Below, piece after piece: positions 8,553 to 19,450 of a stretch of 64,000 nucleotides of DNA. The stretch is from Candidatus Omnitrophota bacterium (GTDB taxonomy: Bacteria > Omnitrophota > Gorgyraeia > Gygaellales > Profunditerraquicolaceae). Both the position numbers and the translations under genes were made by a program. The notes below the pieces were generated by a model. It was given only the letters and a program-made list of their open reading frames with translations, was not told the origin of the DNA and made no database searches. The stretch lies in NCBI GenBank assembly GCA_028716245.1, contig JAQUQW010000005.1, forward strand, positions 288 through 64,287, read 5' to 3'. The number at the start of each line of letters is the position of its first letter. Positions within the stretch are counted from its first letter, which is position 1.

Positions 8553-10268
8553 ATGGATGAAGGGATTACGATAAAAATTGCCGGCCAGGCCGGCCAGGGG
8601 ATCCAAACAATAGGCACCGCACTTTGTAATATCTTTAAAAGAAACGGGTCCCATATTTTTGCCAACCAGGATTATATGTCCAGGATACGCGGTGGAAATA
8701 ATTTTTTCCAGCTAAGGGTCTGCGGTAAACCAACCCATACTTTACGCCAAAAATCGGATATAACGGTAGCTTTGGATAAACAAAGCGTGCAATTGCACCG
8801 TAATGATGTTGCCAGCGGCGGGATTATTGTTTTTGATAAGGCTAAATTTAATCTTTCCGGAGAGGACAAAGTGCTTTTTAATATCCCATTCTATGATTTA
8901 GCCAATTCCATCGGTGGAAGCGACCTTTTTATCAATGCTGTTTGTTGCGGAGCAGTGGCAGGCCTGGCGCAGGTAAATCCGGATTGCCTTGAGCGGGCAA
9001 TCAGAGATTTATTCGCGGATAAAGACGAGGAAATTATCAGTAAGAACATAAAAGCAGCCCAGGCCGGTTATAATTTTGCCAAGGATAACTTTAGAAATGA
9101 TAAATTCAAGGTAGGATCAGCGCCGGCCGGAAAAAATTTATTAATGAATGGCAATGACGCGATCGCCCTGGGGGCAATCCGGGCAGGTTGTAAATTTTAT
9201 TCAGCCTATCCGATGAGCCCTTCGACAAGTATCATGAACGTAATCGCTAAGTATGCAAAGAGATTTAATATTTTGGTTGAGCAGGCAGAGGATGAAATTG
9301 CCGCCATCAATATGGTTATCGGCGCCTCTTTTGCCGGAGCCCGCTCAATGACCGCTACTTCCGGAGGAGGACTGGCTTTGATGGTCGAGGGATTGAGCCT
9401 TGCCGCAATGACCGAAACGCCCATTGTTGCCGTTGATGCCCAGCGTCCGGCGCCGGCTACGGGATTCCCTACGCGTACCGAACAAGCAGATTTGAATTTT
9501 CTTATTCACGCCGGGCACGGTGAGTTTGCCAAGGCAATCTATGCTCCCGGCACTATCCAGGAGGCTTTTTATCTGACAGTTAAAGCATTTAATACCGCGG
9601 AAAAATACCAGATTCCGGTTTTGATCATGACCGACCAGCATCTGGCGGATTCGCTGCAGGATATTGAAGGGTTTGATTTAAATAAAGCTGGCGTGCAAAG
9701 GTTTATTATATCAAAAGAAGATTCTCAGAAAGCGTCCGGTTATAAAAGATACCAATTAACTGACTCTGGGATATCCCCGCGGGCTATCCCTTCTTGGATT
9801 GAGGATGTTATCTATGCTGATAGTGATGAGCATAATGAAGAGGGGCATATCACCGAAGATGCGGATACGCGCATACAAATGGTGAAGAAAAGATTTTTTA
9901 AAAAGATGGCCGGGCTTAGGCAAGAGATAGAGAAGCCGACTCTATATAATGCGCAGAAGGCGCAAACTCTCCTGTTGGGGTTTGGTTCAACCTACGGGGT
10001 ATTAAAAGAAGCTTCCGAGGCTTTGGGTAAAGATTTCGGGTTTGTGCATTTATCGCAAGTATGGCCATTCCCCGGTTTGGAATTAAGCCCATTGCTAAAA
10101 AATAAGAAGAAGATTTTAACGGTAGAAAATAACGCAGGCGGCCAGCTTGCCGGACTGCTGATGCGGGAAACAGGCATTAAAGCCGACAACTCCATATTAC
10201 GGTATGATGGAAGGCCGTTTAATCTGGATCAGCTTATTGAACAAATAAAAGAAATACAAAATCAATGA
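8553..10268 (+). CDS. korA: 2-oxoacid:ferredoxin oxidoreductase, fused gamma-alpha subunit
   Basis: 571 aa with an N-terminal POR gamma-like domain, then an alpha domain (YPMSPST..., AINMVIGASFAGARSMTATSGGGLALM). The adjacent beta subunit makes a 2-subunit OFOR. Confidence 0.8.
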   Translation: MDEGITIKIAGQAGQGIQTIGTALCNIFKRNGSHIFANQDYMSRIRGGNNFFQLRVCGKPTHTLRQKSDITVALDKQSVQLHRNDVASGGIIVFDKAKFNLSGEDKVLFNIPFYDLANSIGGSDLFINAVCCGAVAGLAQVNPDCLERAIRDLFADKDEEIISKNIKAAQAGYNFAKDNFRNDKFKVGSAPAGKNLLMNGNDAIALGAIRAGCKFYSAYPMSPSTSIMNVIAKYAKRFNILVEQAEDEIAAINMVIGASFAGARSMTATSGGGLALMVEGLSLAAMTETPIVAVDAQRPAPATGFPTRTEQADLNFLIHAGHGEFAKAIYAPGTIQEAFYLTVKAFNTAEKYQIPVLIMTDQHLADSLQDIEGFDLNKAGVQRFIISKEDSQKASGYKRYQLTDSGISPRAIPSWIEDVIYADSDEHNEEGHITEDADTRIQMVKKRFFKKMAGLRQEIEKPTLYNAQKAQTLLLGFGSTYGVLKEASEALGKDFGFVHLSQVWPFPGLELSPLLKNKKKILTVENNAGGQLAGLLMRETGIKADNSILRYDGRPFNLDQLIEQIKEIQNQ

Positions 10269-11128
10269 ATATAAACGACTTAAAGAGCAATGATGAAATC
10301 GCTTGGTGCCCCGGCTGCGGAGATTTTGGAATTTTAAATGCCTGCAAAAAAGCCCTGACTGCGATTAATAAACAGCCTAAGGATATTTTATTTGTCTCCG
10401 GAATCGGCCAGGCAGCCAAGTTGCCGCACTATATAAGGTGCAATTGTTTTAACGGCCTTCACGGCAGAGCCCTGCCTGCTGCCGCGGGCGCAAAAATTGC
10501 CAACAATAATTTAACTGTAATTGTTACCACCGGCGACGGGGATTGTTATGGCGAAGGAGGCAATCATCTTTTGCATAATATCCGCAGGAATGTGGATATA
10601 ACCGTTATTGTTTGCAATAATCAAATTTACGGTCTCACTAAGGGGCAGGCTTCACCGACTACCGATCTAGGATATGAAACCAAGGTTCAGGTCGATGGCG
10701 TAGTCTTGGAACCTTTGCATCCGCTGGAGATGGCTATTGCTTTAGGCTGCGGGTTCGTTGCCCGGGGGTATTCAGCCGATTCTGAGCATCTTTCTTGGCT
10801 GATAACCGAAGGGATAAAACATAAAGGGTTTTCCTTGATTGATGTATTACAACCTTGTGTTAGCTTTAATAAAAAAAATACTTATGAATGGTACGCCAAG
10901 AGGGTATATAAAGTAAATGCCGATGCCTCGTATAACCCCCAGGATAAGGCAGCCGCATATCAGAAAGCAGCACAGTGGGGGGAGAAGATCCCCATCGGTT
11001 TAATTTATCGGCAGGAGAAGGAAACGTATGAGGATAGAAGAGGGATGAATAGAAAAAACTCTTTGATTAATGAAGACATTAAAGATATAGATATAAGTAA
11101 GGAGCTGGGAGAATTTATTTATCCTTGA
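10265..11128 (+). CDS. korB: 2-oxoacid:ferredoxin oxidoreductase beta subunit (TPP-binding)
   Basis: 287 aa; TPP motif VTTGDGDCYGEGGNHL; 4 nt overlap with korA. Confidence 0.8.
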   Translation: MNINDLKSNDEIAWCPGCGDFGILNACKKALTAINKQPKDILFVSGIGQAAKLPHYIRCNCFNGLHGRALPAAAGAKIANNNLTVIVTTGDGDCYGEGGNHLLHNIRRNVDITVIVCNNQIYGLTKGQASPTTDLGYETKVQVDGVVLEPLHPLEMAIALGCGFVARGYSADSEHLSWLITEGIKHKGFSLIDVLQPCVSFNKKNTYEWYAKRVYKVNADASYNPQDKAAAYQKAAQWGEKIPIGLIYRQEKETYEDRRGMNRKNSLINEDIKDIDISKELGEFIYP

Positions 11129-11231
11129 TTCCTCTTGTTTTATTCATTATTTAGAGTAAAATAGTTTTAGTTAAGATATTTAGAACAATTAAACTGTCCC
11201 TTTCCGGAATAAAATCCGCGTATTTATTATA

Positions 11232-11519
11232 ATGAAAAAAATATTTTTACTAAAAATTGTCTTGATTGTTATTATCGCTATTTCCTTGGCTACTTTTTTT
11301 AAGGCCAGCTATGATAATGATGATTCAACGCTTGATTTCTTATCCGGCTGCAATAAATTTTTATTATACGCATGTTTTTTATTGATTTTATTGCCTTGCA
11401 TCGGCGTATCTTATGTAAGTATCGACAATTTTACCTATTCGGAATTACTTGTTTCTTATTTATCGAGCAAGGAAAAGTCGCCTCCCCTTTTAATTTTTGC
11501 GCAATACCCTAAAATATAA
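11232..11519 (+). CDS. hypothetical small membrane protein
   Basis: 95 aa ORF, 2 TM. Confidence 0.3.
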   Translation: MKKIFLLKIVLIVIIAISLATFFKASYDNDDSTLDFLSGCNKFLLYACFLLILLPCIGVSYVSIDNFTYSELLVSYLSSKEKSPPLLIFAQYPKI

Positions 11520-11559
11520 TTATTTCCTAAGCTAAATTCAATACTAGAAGGAGTTTAAT

Positions 11560-11853
11560 ATGAAAAGGACAAATTTAACTTTATTTGGGTTCATAGTTAC
11601 CTTGGTTGTCGGGTTGACATTAGCGTTCTCGCAAAAAACATTATTAGCTCAACAAGATAGAGCTAAAGAAACAACCACGGCCAAAAGTTCTTCTAAGGAA
11701 CCGAAAAAAAGCAAGCACAAGATTAAGAAGCTGCTGAAAAAAGGAAATAAAAGCGCAGAATTAAAAGAGAGCAAGAAAACGCAAACGAAGGAAATACCGA
11801 AAGCAGATAAGAAAGAGGTTGGAGAAAAAATAGACGCTAAAAAGGATAAATAA
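11560..11853 (+). CDS. lysine-rich secreted protein, hypothetical
   Basis: Signal peptide, K/E-rich tail, RBS AGGAG. Confidence 0.4.
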   Translation: MKRTNLTLFGFIVTLVVGLTLAFSQKTLLAQQDRAKETTTAKSSSKEPKKSKHKIKKLLKKGNKSAELKESKKTQTKEIPKADKKEVGEKIDAKKDK

Positions 11854-11905
11854 AAAACCGAAATAAGGATAGTTTAGGGGTACTAATTATAAGGAAAGGA
11901 CTAGA

Positions 11906-12319
11906 ATGAAAAAGATACTTTTTACATTAATTGCGGTTACATTTATTAACTCTCTGTGTTTCGCCCAGCAGGAATCAACAGCAGCCAAAGAGCCTCAAAA
12001 ACCAGCTGGATCGGCAACTGCGCCTGTCGCGGTGGCTCCTGTTTCTGTTCCGGCTCCGGTTCTAAGTAAAAGTATTACCGGTAAAGTTGAGACGGTATCA
12101 ATTGGCGACCTCAGTAAAGGGATAAAACCGGAGATTGTGGTTATCGGCGAAGACGGCCAAAAACTGAGTTTGGTAGTAAAGCCCGGTACTCCTATTGTTG
12201 CCAAAGATACAAAAATAATCACTCTAACGGAAATAAAGAAGGACGATAAAGTTACCGTAGAGTATATAACTAAGCAATCCGGTACTCACAGGGCAGAGTC
12301 GATCAAATTAGTAGAATAA
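11906..12319 (+). CDS. secreted protein, hypothetical
   Basis: Signal peptide and a P/A-rich linker; RBS AAGGAAAGGA. Confidence 0.45.
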   Translation: MKKILFTLIAVTFINSLCFAQQESTAAKEPQKPAGSATAPVAVAPVSVPAPVLSKSITGKVETVSIGDLSKGIKPEIVVIGEDGQKLSLVVKPGTPIVAKDTKIITLTEIKKDDKVTVEYITKQSGTHRAESIKLVE

Positions 12320-12330
12320 TAAAATTATTA

Positions 12331-12369
12331 TAGATTACGGCACGGGATAATCGTGCCTGCCGTAATCTA
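12331..12369 (+). terminator. strong intergenic hairpin (TAGATTACGGCACG...CGTGCC.GCCGTAATCTA), possible terminator or repeat
   Basis: ~13 bp stem read by eye; no T-tract follows. Confidence 0.35.
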
Positions 12370-12375
12370 AAAGCC

Positions 12376-13311
12376 ATGAAAACAAAAACCACTTTTTTAT
12401 TAATTTTCATTATTATTTTTGGGATAGTTGTGTTTTTTTCATATAAGGCATATAAGATATATGAAGAAAATTTGAGTTTCAATAGGGAACAATGTATCCT
12501 TAACAAGAAAAAAGAGGGGTGGTTGCGCCTCAAGAAGAGCCTTGAGAACAAAATCGGGAATTTTAAAGGCGAGGTTGGTTTAGTGGTTGAAGATTTAAAT
12601 ACAGGGTGGGTAATCTCGTTTAATGAGGATACTTTAATCCCCTCAGCAAGCTTGGTCAAGGTTCCCATCATGCTTTCTTATTTTTATGCTGCCCAGGAAG
12701 ACAAGGTCAATCTTAAAGACAATATAAAACTTAAATCTTTTGAGATGGTGTCCGGTTCAAAGGTGCTGGGAAAATTTCCGGTTGGCTCTCAATTTATGGT
12801 TGAAGAATTATTTGATCCGATGATTACCGTAAGTGATAATGCCGCCGCAAACGCGTTGATAGATTTATTGGGGTTTGATACCTTGAACGCATATTTTAAG
12901 AAAATGGGATTAAAAAATACTAATATTGCCCGCAATATGTTAGATTTTAGAGGCAGAAGAGAAGGCCAGGAAAATTATACTACTGCCGCTGATATGGCGT
13001 ATATATTGGAAAAGCTTTACCGCCGGCAGTTTTTAAATCAGGAAATATCTGAGAAGTGCCTCCTCCTGTTGAACCAGCAGAAGATTAATGACCGCATTCC
13101 CAGAGATCTTCCTAAAGACGAGGTTTCTGTCGCGCATAAGACGGGCCTAGAAAGGCATATTTGCCACGATGCGGGAATAGTGTATACCCAGAAAGGTAAT
13201 TTTTTAATCTGTGTTTTGGTAAAACATGGGAACAGGTATGCCTTGCCCGCCAAGAAGCTGATTTCCGATATCGCGTTATCCACCTACAATTACTATAAAA
13301 ACTTTAATTAA
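12376..13311 (+). CDS. class A beta-lactamase-like serine hydrolase with N-terminal membrane anchor
   Basis: SxxK (SLVK), SDN, and KTG (HKTGLE) motifs in class A order and spacing; N-terminal TM helix. Confidence 0.6.
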   Translation: MKTKTTFLLIFIIIFGIVVFFSYKAYKIYEENLSFNREQCILNKKKEGWLRLKKSLENKIGNFKGEVGLVVEDLNTGWVISFNEDTLIPSASLVKVPIMLSYFYAAQEDKVNLKDNIKLKSFEMVSGSKVLGKFPVGSQFMVEELFDPMITVSDNAAANALIDLLGFDTLNAYFKKMGLKNTNIARNMLDFRGRREGQENYTTAADMAYILEKLYRRQFLNQEISEKCLLLLNQQKINDRIPRDLPKDEVSVAHKTGLERHICHDAGIVYTQKGNFLICVLVKHGNRYALPAKKLISDIALSTYNYYKNFN

Positions 13312-13390
13312 ATTTTTCTCATTGACAAAGCAATGCTTGGCCTTAAAATGAAAAAGAGGACAGGTTTTGCTTTTTTTATGCGGAGATTAA

Positions 13391-15946
13391 ATGGTAATTA
13401 AAGAAGAAGAATTGAAAAATATTCAAGGTCTTACCGAGAAAGAGGCCTTGGAGAGCATTAAAAAATACGGCTATAATGAAATCCCCTCTCAGAAAAAGCG
13501 CAGTATTTTTGTAATATTCTTTAGCGTGGTAAAAGAACCCATGCTGCTTCTGTTAATCGGAAGCGGGCTGATTTATCTATTTTTAGGTGAACCAAAAGAT
13601 GCCTTGATGTTGCTTTCTTTTGTATTCGCGGTGGTGGGTATCACCTTTTATCAGGAGAGAAAAACCGAAAGGACTTTGGAGGCTTTACGGGACCTTTCCA
13701 GCCCCAGGGCTTTGGTTATCCGCGACGGAATCCGCAGAAGAATCGCCGGAGGCCAGGTGGCCAAGGGTGACATTATAATTCTTCAAGAAGGAGACCGGGT
13801 CCCTGCCGACGCTATGATCATATCCTGTTCTAATTTATCAGTAGATGAATCTTTGTTAACCGGAGAATCGGTGGCTGTGCGTAAATGTGAATGGGATGGA
13901 GAAGTCAGCATTAAAAGGCCGGGCGGGGATGACCTTCCCTTTGTCTATTCAGGAACTTTAGTCGTGGCCGGGCGGGGCCTGGCAAAAGTCAGCTCTATCG
14001 GGATGCATACTGAAATGGGTAAAATCGGCCGCTCCCTGCAGAGTATTCGTCAAGAGGATACTCTTTTGCAAAAAGAAATAGGAAAAATTGTGCGTAATTT
14101 TTCTATTGCCGGAGTAATACTTTGTTTATTGGTAATCGTGCTTTACGGTTTGTCGCGCGGGAACTGGTTAAACGGCGTTCTTTCCGGCTTAACCTTGAGC
14201 ATGGCGATGCTGCCGGAAGAGTTTCCGGTAGTTTTAATCATCTTCCTTACTTTAGGCGCCTGGAGAATTTCCAAAAGCCAGGTCTTGACCAGGCGTACCC
14301 CGGCCATCGAAACCCTGGGGGCAGCCACGGTTTTGTGCACGGATAAGACCGGAACGCTTACTCTCAATGCCATGCGTTTAACTGCCCTGTGCGTTAACGG
14401 TGTTCATTATGATGTCGGGGTTAAAAAATCTGACGGCTTACCGGAAGCAGTGCATAATCTTATGGAATATGCTATTTTGGCCAGCCAAAAAGATCCTTTT
14501 GACCCGATAGAAAAAGAAGTAAAACGCTTGGGTGAGCTTTATTTGTTAGGCTCTGAACATATCCATAATAACTGGAGGATGATCAAAGAATATTCCTTAT
14601 CTAAGGAGCAATTGGCTTTATCTCATGTCTGGGAATCTCCGGATAAACAAAATTATATTATTGCCGCCAAGGGATCTCCCGAGGCAATCGCTGACCTTTG
14701 CCATCTTAATAAAGAACAGTATGCCCGATTAGTTAAATGCGTAGAAGAGATGGCCAGGCGGGGATTGCGTATTTTAGGGGTAGCCAGGGCATCTTTTAGA
14801 AAAAAAGAACTTCCGGATTTACAGCATGATTTCACATTTGAGCTGGTGGGTTTACTGGGATTCATCGACCCGGTGCGGCCGGCTGTTACTTCCGCTATCA
14901 GGGAAGCCCATGACGCGGGTATGCGCGTGATTATGGTTACCGGAGATTATCCGGGTACCGCTATCCATATTGCCAGAGAGATCGGCTTAAAAAACCCTGA
15001 GACTTATATAACCGGGCAGGAACTGGAGGAAATGGATCACCTTGTGCTCAGGGAAAGGATAAAAACAGTGAATATCTTTGCCCGGGTGGTTCCCGAGCAA
15101 AAATTGTTTATTATCAACGCCTTGAAAGCTAACCAGGCGATTGTAGCCATGACCGGAGACGGGGTTAACGATGCCGCGGCTCTAAAATCGGCAGATATCG
15201 GTATTGCTATGGGGGAGCGGGGCACGGATGTGGCTCGTGAGGCGTCAGCATTGGTATTGCTTAATGATGATTTTTCATCGATTGTGCAGGCAGTCAAGCT
15301 TGGCAGGAGGATTTTTGATAACCTGAAGAAAGCCATTGCCTATATTTTTGCCATCCATGTGCCGATTGCCGGGATGTCATTTTTACCGGTTTTGTTTAAT
15401 TTACCGATCGTGCTTTTGCCCGCGCACATCGCTTTTTTGGAATTGATTATCGATCCGGCATGCTCCACGGTTTTTGAAGCCTGTCCCGATGAGAATAATA
15501 TCATGAATAGGCCGCCGCGCAATTTGCGGGAATCCTTATTTAGTAAAAAGGCGTTTATTTTCAGCCTGCTGCAAGGGCTGGGCATATTAACCGTAGTGTT
15601 TTTGGTATTCATGTTGGCATTATATCTGAAGAAAGGGGAACTGGAGGCGCGCACATTATCTTTTACCACCCTGGTGTTTGCCAATATAATGCTAATTATA
15701 ACCAATCTTTCCTGGTCTAAAAATCTGGCCGGTATTCTTAAAGCGAAGAATAAAGCCTTGTGGGTGGTGGTATTAGCGGCAATAAGCGCGCTTTTCTTGG
15801 TGATTTATCTTCCGGTATTACGCAACCTCTTCCATTTTTCCGTTTTATCCGCGGCGGATTTATTAATCACTTTGGCCAGCGGGGTGGTAAGTTTATTGTG
15901 GTTTGAAGGTTTTAAGGCGTTGAATAAGAATAGGATGACAGTATAA
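13391..15946 (+). CDS. P-type cation-transporting ATPase (type II-like)
   Basis: 851 aa with DKTGTLT phosphorylation motif, TGDGVNDAAAL hinge, and ~10 TM. Confidence 0.9.
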   Translation: MVIKEEELKNIQGLTEKEALESIKKYGYNEIPSQKKRSIFVIFFSVVKEPMLLLLIGSGLIYLFLGEPKDALMLLSFVFAVVGITFYQERKTERTLEALRDLSSPRALVIRDGIRRRIAGGQVAKGDIIILQEGDRVPADAMIISCSNLSVDESLLTGESVAVRKCEWDGEVSIKRPGGDDLPFVYSGTLVVAGRGLAKVSSIGMHTEMGKIGRSLQSIRQEDTLLQKEIGKIVRNFSIAGVILCLLVIVLYGLSRGNWLNGVLSGLTLSMAMLPEEFPVVLIIFLTLGAWRISKSQVLTRRTPAIETLGAATVLCTDKTGTLTLNAMRLTALCVNGVHYDVGVKKSDGLPEAVHNLMEYAILASQKDPFDPIEKEVKRLGELYLLGSEHIHNNWRMIKEYSLSKEQLALSHVWESPDKQNYIIAAKGSPEAIADLCHLNKEQYARLVKCVEEMARRGLRILGVARASFRKKELPDLQHDFTFELVGLLGFIDPVRPAVTSAIREAHDAGMRVIMVTGDYPGTAIHIAREIGLKNPETYITGQELEEMDHLVLRERIKTVNIFARVVPEQKLFIINALKANQAIVAMTGDGVNDAAALKSADIGIAMGERGTDVAREASALVLLNDDFSSIVQAVKLGRRIFDNLKKAIAYIFAIHVPIAGMSFLPVLFNLPIVLLPAHIAFLELIIDPACSTVFEACPDENNIMNRPPRNLRESLFSKKAFIFSLLQGLGILTVVFLVFMLALYLKKGELEARTLSFTTLVFANIMLIITNLSWSKNLAGILKAKNKALWVVVLAAISALFLVIYLPVLRNLFHFSVLSAADLLITLASGVVSLLWFEGFKALNKNRMTV

Positions 15947-17070
15947 TGCTTTTAATCCTTCTAGCGGCAATTTTTATCCGCCCTTTTATTTCTTCACAAG
16001 CCTTTCCTTATTTAAATTTTATTTATTCTACAGGGCTCCTAATCTTTTTGGGAATATATGTAATCTACAAGAAACTATTATTCTCAAAGCTTCAGGTTTT
16101 AATCTATCCTGTTCTTTTGTTCATTTTAGCGTTATTTATCTCCCTGATTTTTTCTCAAAATAAAGTAAATAGTTTAGCGGAACTTTATAAATATATAACC
16201 GGACTGCTTTTATTTCTTATCGCTGCTTCTCTCTCAGAGGATGATAAATCATTAGCGATACAGGCAATTATGCTCACCGGATTAGCGGTCAGCCTTTTGG
16301 CGATATATCAATATTTCTTAGGTTTTAGCCGGGTATCAGATTATTTAGTAAATAACAACGGGCTTTTGTTTCCTTTTGCTTCGGATTACCTGGCCCGCAG
16401 AAGAGTTTTTTTGCCTTTTGTGACCCCCGGGGTTTTAGGCGGTTATTTAGCCATGGTGATCCCGCTGTTTTTGATTAACAAAAATAGAATTTGGCTGATC
16501 CTGCCGGTATTTTTGGCCCTGTTTCTTACGGGATCTTTGGGGGCATTTTTAAGCTTATTTTGCGCCTTGATTATTTGTTTCTGCTTGAGGGGGAAAATAA
16601 AGAAGAGTAAAATTGCCATTCTTTCCGGGTTATTTATATCGATAATTATTATCTTTATTTACCGCTCGGCGACACGGATTGAACATATTCAGCCTTTCTT
16701 CTCCACGGTTATGAGATTAAATTATTGGAAGGAGGCCTTAGGAATAATTCAGGCGCATCCTTTGGCCGGCGTAGGTTTAGGTAACTTTAATCTCAAGGCC
16801 AGCCGCTATGCGCATAACTCTTATTTACAAATCTGGGCGGAGATGGGGATGTTAGGTTTGTTTGCTTTTAACTGGATCGCCTATACGGTTCTTAAATCTT
16901 GCATTAAAAACCTGGCACAATTGCCTTATAAAAGACAAACCGCCTGCCTGCTTGTGGCAAGCCTGGTTTTTTTAATCCATAATTTTTCAGATTTTACGTT
17001 TTTTCTTCCGGAGGTGGTTTTTGTGTGGTGGGTAATTTTAGGGCTGATTACATCCTTAGATAAAAAATGA
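15946..17070 (+). CDS. O-antigen ligase / Wzy_C-domain membrane protein
   Basis: 374 aa polytopic membrane protein; Wzy_C-like loop AHNSYLQIWAEMGMLG. Confidence 0.65.
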   Translation: MLLILLAAIFIRPFISSQAFPYLNFIYSTGLLIFLGIYVIYKKLLFSKLQVLIYPVLLFILALFISLIFSQNKVNSLAELYKYITGLLLFLIAASLSEDDKSLAIQAIMLTGLAVSLLAIYQYFLGFSRVSDYLVNNNGLLFPFASDYLARRRVFLPFVTPGVLGGYLAMVIPLFLINKNRIWLILPVFLALFLTGSLGAFLSLFCALIICFCLRGKIKKSKIAILSGLFISIIIIFIYRSATRIEHIQPFFSTVMRLNYWKEALGIIQAHPLAGVGLGNFNLKASRYAHNSYLQIWAEMGMLGLFAFNWIAYTVLKSCIKNLAQLPYKRQTACLLVASLVFLIHNFSDFTFFLPEVVFVWWVILGLITSLDKK

Positions 17071-17146
17071 AAATACTACAGCCGTAAAAGGGTTTCTTTA
17101 AGTGCGGCAAGTATGATAGAATTAAATGGAGAATTAAAAATGATCG

Positions 17147-18095
17147 TTGTTTCCGATTTTGATTTATGGTAAGGGGGACAGAATGCTTAAATATTGGGTT
17201 ATTTTTACCGCCGCTTTAACCTTTGGTATAGTTTTTACATCCTTGTTGGCGAAACTCTCTTTAAAATACAGAATCTTTAGGGTAAAAGACATTCCCTTGG
17301 TGGGAGGTTTAGGGATGGGGCTGGCTTTTGTTTTTTCTTTGAGTTTAGGTCTTTATGCTTTTGATCTTTCTGTATCCAGGATATTGGCGGTATCCTCGGC
17401 CGGTTTATTCATGCTATTTTTAGGCATAGTTGATGATTTAAGAGAGCTGTCAGTAGCGCAGAAATTTTTGGGGCAGGCAATTTGCGCGGTATTATTAATT
17501 TCCTTCGGGGTAAGGACCGATATTATGTATTTAGGTTTTTGGCCAAACGCCGCAATTTCCTTTCTTTGGATTTTAGGCATAACCAATGCTTTTAACCTGC
17601 TTGATATTATGGATGGCCTAGCCGCGGGGACCGCTTTAATTGTAAGCAGCGCATTTCTAGCAATGGGTTTTTTGAGCGCGGATCCGAATGTGCAGGTGCT
17701 CAGCCTGATTTTATGCGCAGCCAGCTTGGGGTCCTTATTTTTAATCTTCCTCCGGCCAGAGTCTATTTGGGCAACTCGTTGCTTCTGTTGCCTTAATGAC
17801 GCATTATGCGTCTGCAAGCAATATTTTTGCCCTGCTTGGCCCGGTGATGATTCTTGGATTGCCGATCATCGATACCGTGTTACTGATTATTTTTAGGTTG
17901 GCCAAAGGAAGGCCGCCTTTTAGTAAAAGTAAAGACCACATTGCGTTAAAAATCGGCGCCCTGGGATTTTCACCGGCGGCAACAATTTCAATCATGTATT
18001 TATTATGTTCTGTTTTTGCCGGCTGCGGGGTTATTTTGACCAGGGTAAATAACCTATTGGCGGGGCAGTCATCACTATTTCTGTTTTTCTATTGA
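17147..18095 (+). pseudogene. WecA/MraY-family polyprenyl-phosphate N-acetylhexosamine-1-phosphate transferase, disrupted by two closely spaced frameshifts
   Basis: The NAFNLLDIMDGLAAG motif is in frame a. The conserved FN-LPPARVYLGNS block is in another frame (17743-17778). The C-terminal part (ORF 17796..18095) is in a third frame. The breaks lie next to a T6 run at 17737-17742. Confidence 0.6.
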
Positions 18096-18134
18096 GCATA
18101 GGCATATTCTTAAAGCTGATGAAGATCAAAGCAA

Positions 18135-19427
18135 ATGACTAAAAAAAAGATTATTATTTTGGGAGCCGGACTTGCGGGTTTAAGTGCCGCCTGGCATCTT
18201 AAGCAAAGGGGGATTGAGGCTACTGTATTTGAAAAAGAAAATAGCGTTGGAGGCCTGTGTCGGTCCAAGCAGGTCAAGGGCTTTGTTTTTGATTGTGACG
18301 GACACCTTCTGCATTTTCGAAACAATTATACGCTTGAATTGGTGAAAAAATTATTAAAAGGTAATTTAGTGCGTCATGAACGAAACGCCTGGATCAACAA
18401 TTTTGGTATTTTTAGCCGCTATCCTTTTCAGGCCAACCTGCATGCGCTCCCCAAGCCAATCGCCAATGAATGTTTGTGGGGGTTTATTCGTGCCACCGAC
18501 TCCCGGGCCAACAGCAGCCAGGAGAATTTTTTAAAATGGATACATACTACTTTTGGCAAAGGCATCGCCAGGCATTTTATGATCCCTTACAATAAGAAAT
18601 TCTGGACGCATCCTTTGGGTCGGATGAGTTGTCCCTGGGCAGATAAATTTATCCCTCAGTTTGGCCTATCGGAAGTGGTTAATGGATTTTTTGAAAATAG
18701 CAGTAATCATTTAGGTTATAATGCTTTTTTTTGGTATCCCAAAAAAGGAGGGATAATCCAGCTGCCGATGGCCTTTGAAGAACAGATCGGTGAAGTTTCC
18801 AAGAATTGCTGTGTCAGCGGGATCGATCTTAAAAAGAAGGAGATAACCGTAAAAGGCAGGGGCAAGGAGAGCTTTGACACCTTGATTTTAACAATACCTC
18901 TTCCCGAGTTGATCAAAATAATCAAGCCGCTACCCGGCCGGATCCTTGATAGTTTCAATAGGCTGCGCTGGAATTCGATTTTTAATTTAAATCTGGGCGT
19001 AGAAGGGGTTTGCCAAGAGGGCAAGCATTGGGTGTATTTCCCGCACAAAGAGACAGTCTTTTTTAGGGCAGGATTTTTTCATAATTTTTCCAGTGGTACC
19101 ACTCCTTTCGGAAAAAGTGCATTGTATACAGAAGTTTCATATCCAAAGAACAAACTTATCAACAGGGAAAGGATGGTTAAACGGATTTTAAATGATCTTC
19201 ATAAGGTAGGAATTTTAAATAAAGATAACAGGGTGGTGGCCTTAGATACCAATGATATAAAATACGGTTATCCGATCTATGACCGGTATTATCCCCGGGC
19301 AACTGCGGAAATAAAGAAATTTTTATCGTCTAATAACGTAATTGCCTGCGGGCGTTATGGAGGCTGGCAGTACATGTCGATGGAAGACGCGCTCTTAGAC
19401 GGCAAAGAAGCAGCCTCAACCGTTTAA
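18135..19427 (+). CDS. FAD/NAD(P)-binding oxidoreductase (amine-oxidase / UDP-galactopyranose-mutase-like)
   Basis: N-terminal Rossmann GAGLAGLSAA...E; 430 aa; sits in a glycan cluster. Confidence 0.5.
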   Translation: MTKKKIIILGAGLAGLSAAWHLKQRGIEATVFEKENSVGGLCRSKQVKGFVFDCDGHLLHFRNNYTLELVKKLLKGNLVRHERNAWINNFGIFSRYPFQANLHALPKPIANECLWGFIRATDSRANSSQENFLKWIHTTFGKGIARHFMIPYNKKFWTHPLGRMSCPWADKFIPQFGLSEVVNGFFENSSNHLGYNAFFWYPKKGGIIQLPMAFEEQIGEVSKNCCVSGIDLKKKEITVKGRGKESFDTLILTIPLPELIKIIKPLPGRILDSFNRLRWNSIFNLNLGVEGVCQEGKHWVYFPHKETVFFRAGFFHNFSSGTTPFGKSALYTEVSYPKNKLINRERMVKRILNDLHKVGILNKDNRVVALDTNDIKYGYPIYDRYYPRATAEIKKFLSSNNVIACGRYGGWQYMSMEDALLDGKEAASTV

Positions 19428-19450
19428 ACCGGCAAACAATCCTAAAAGAA

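Noticed and set aside
9206-9641. Minus-strand ORFs inside korA
   Set aside because: They are antisense to a gene with clear OFOR motifs.
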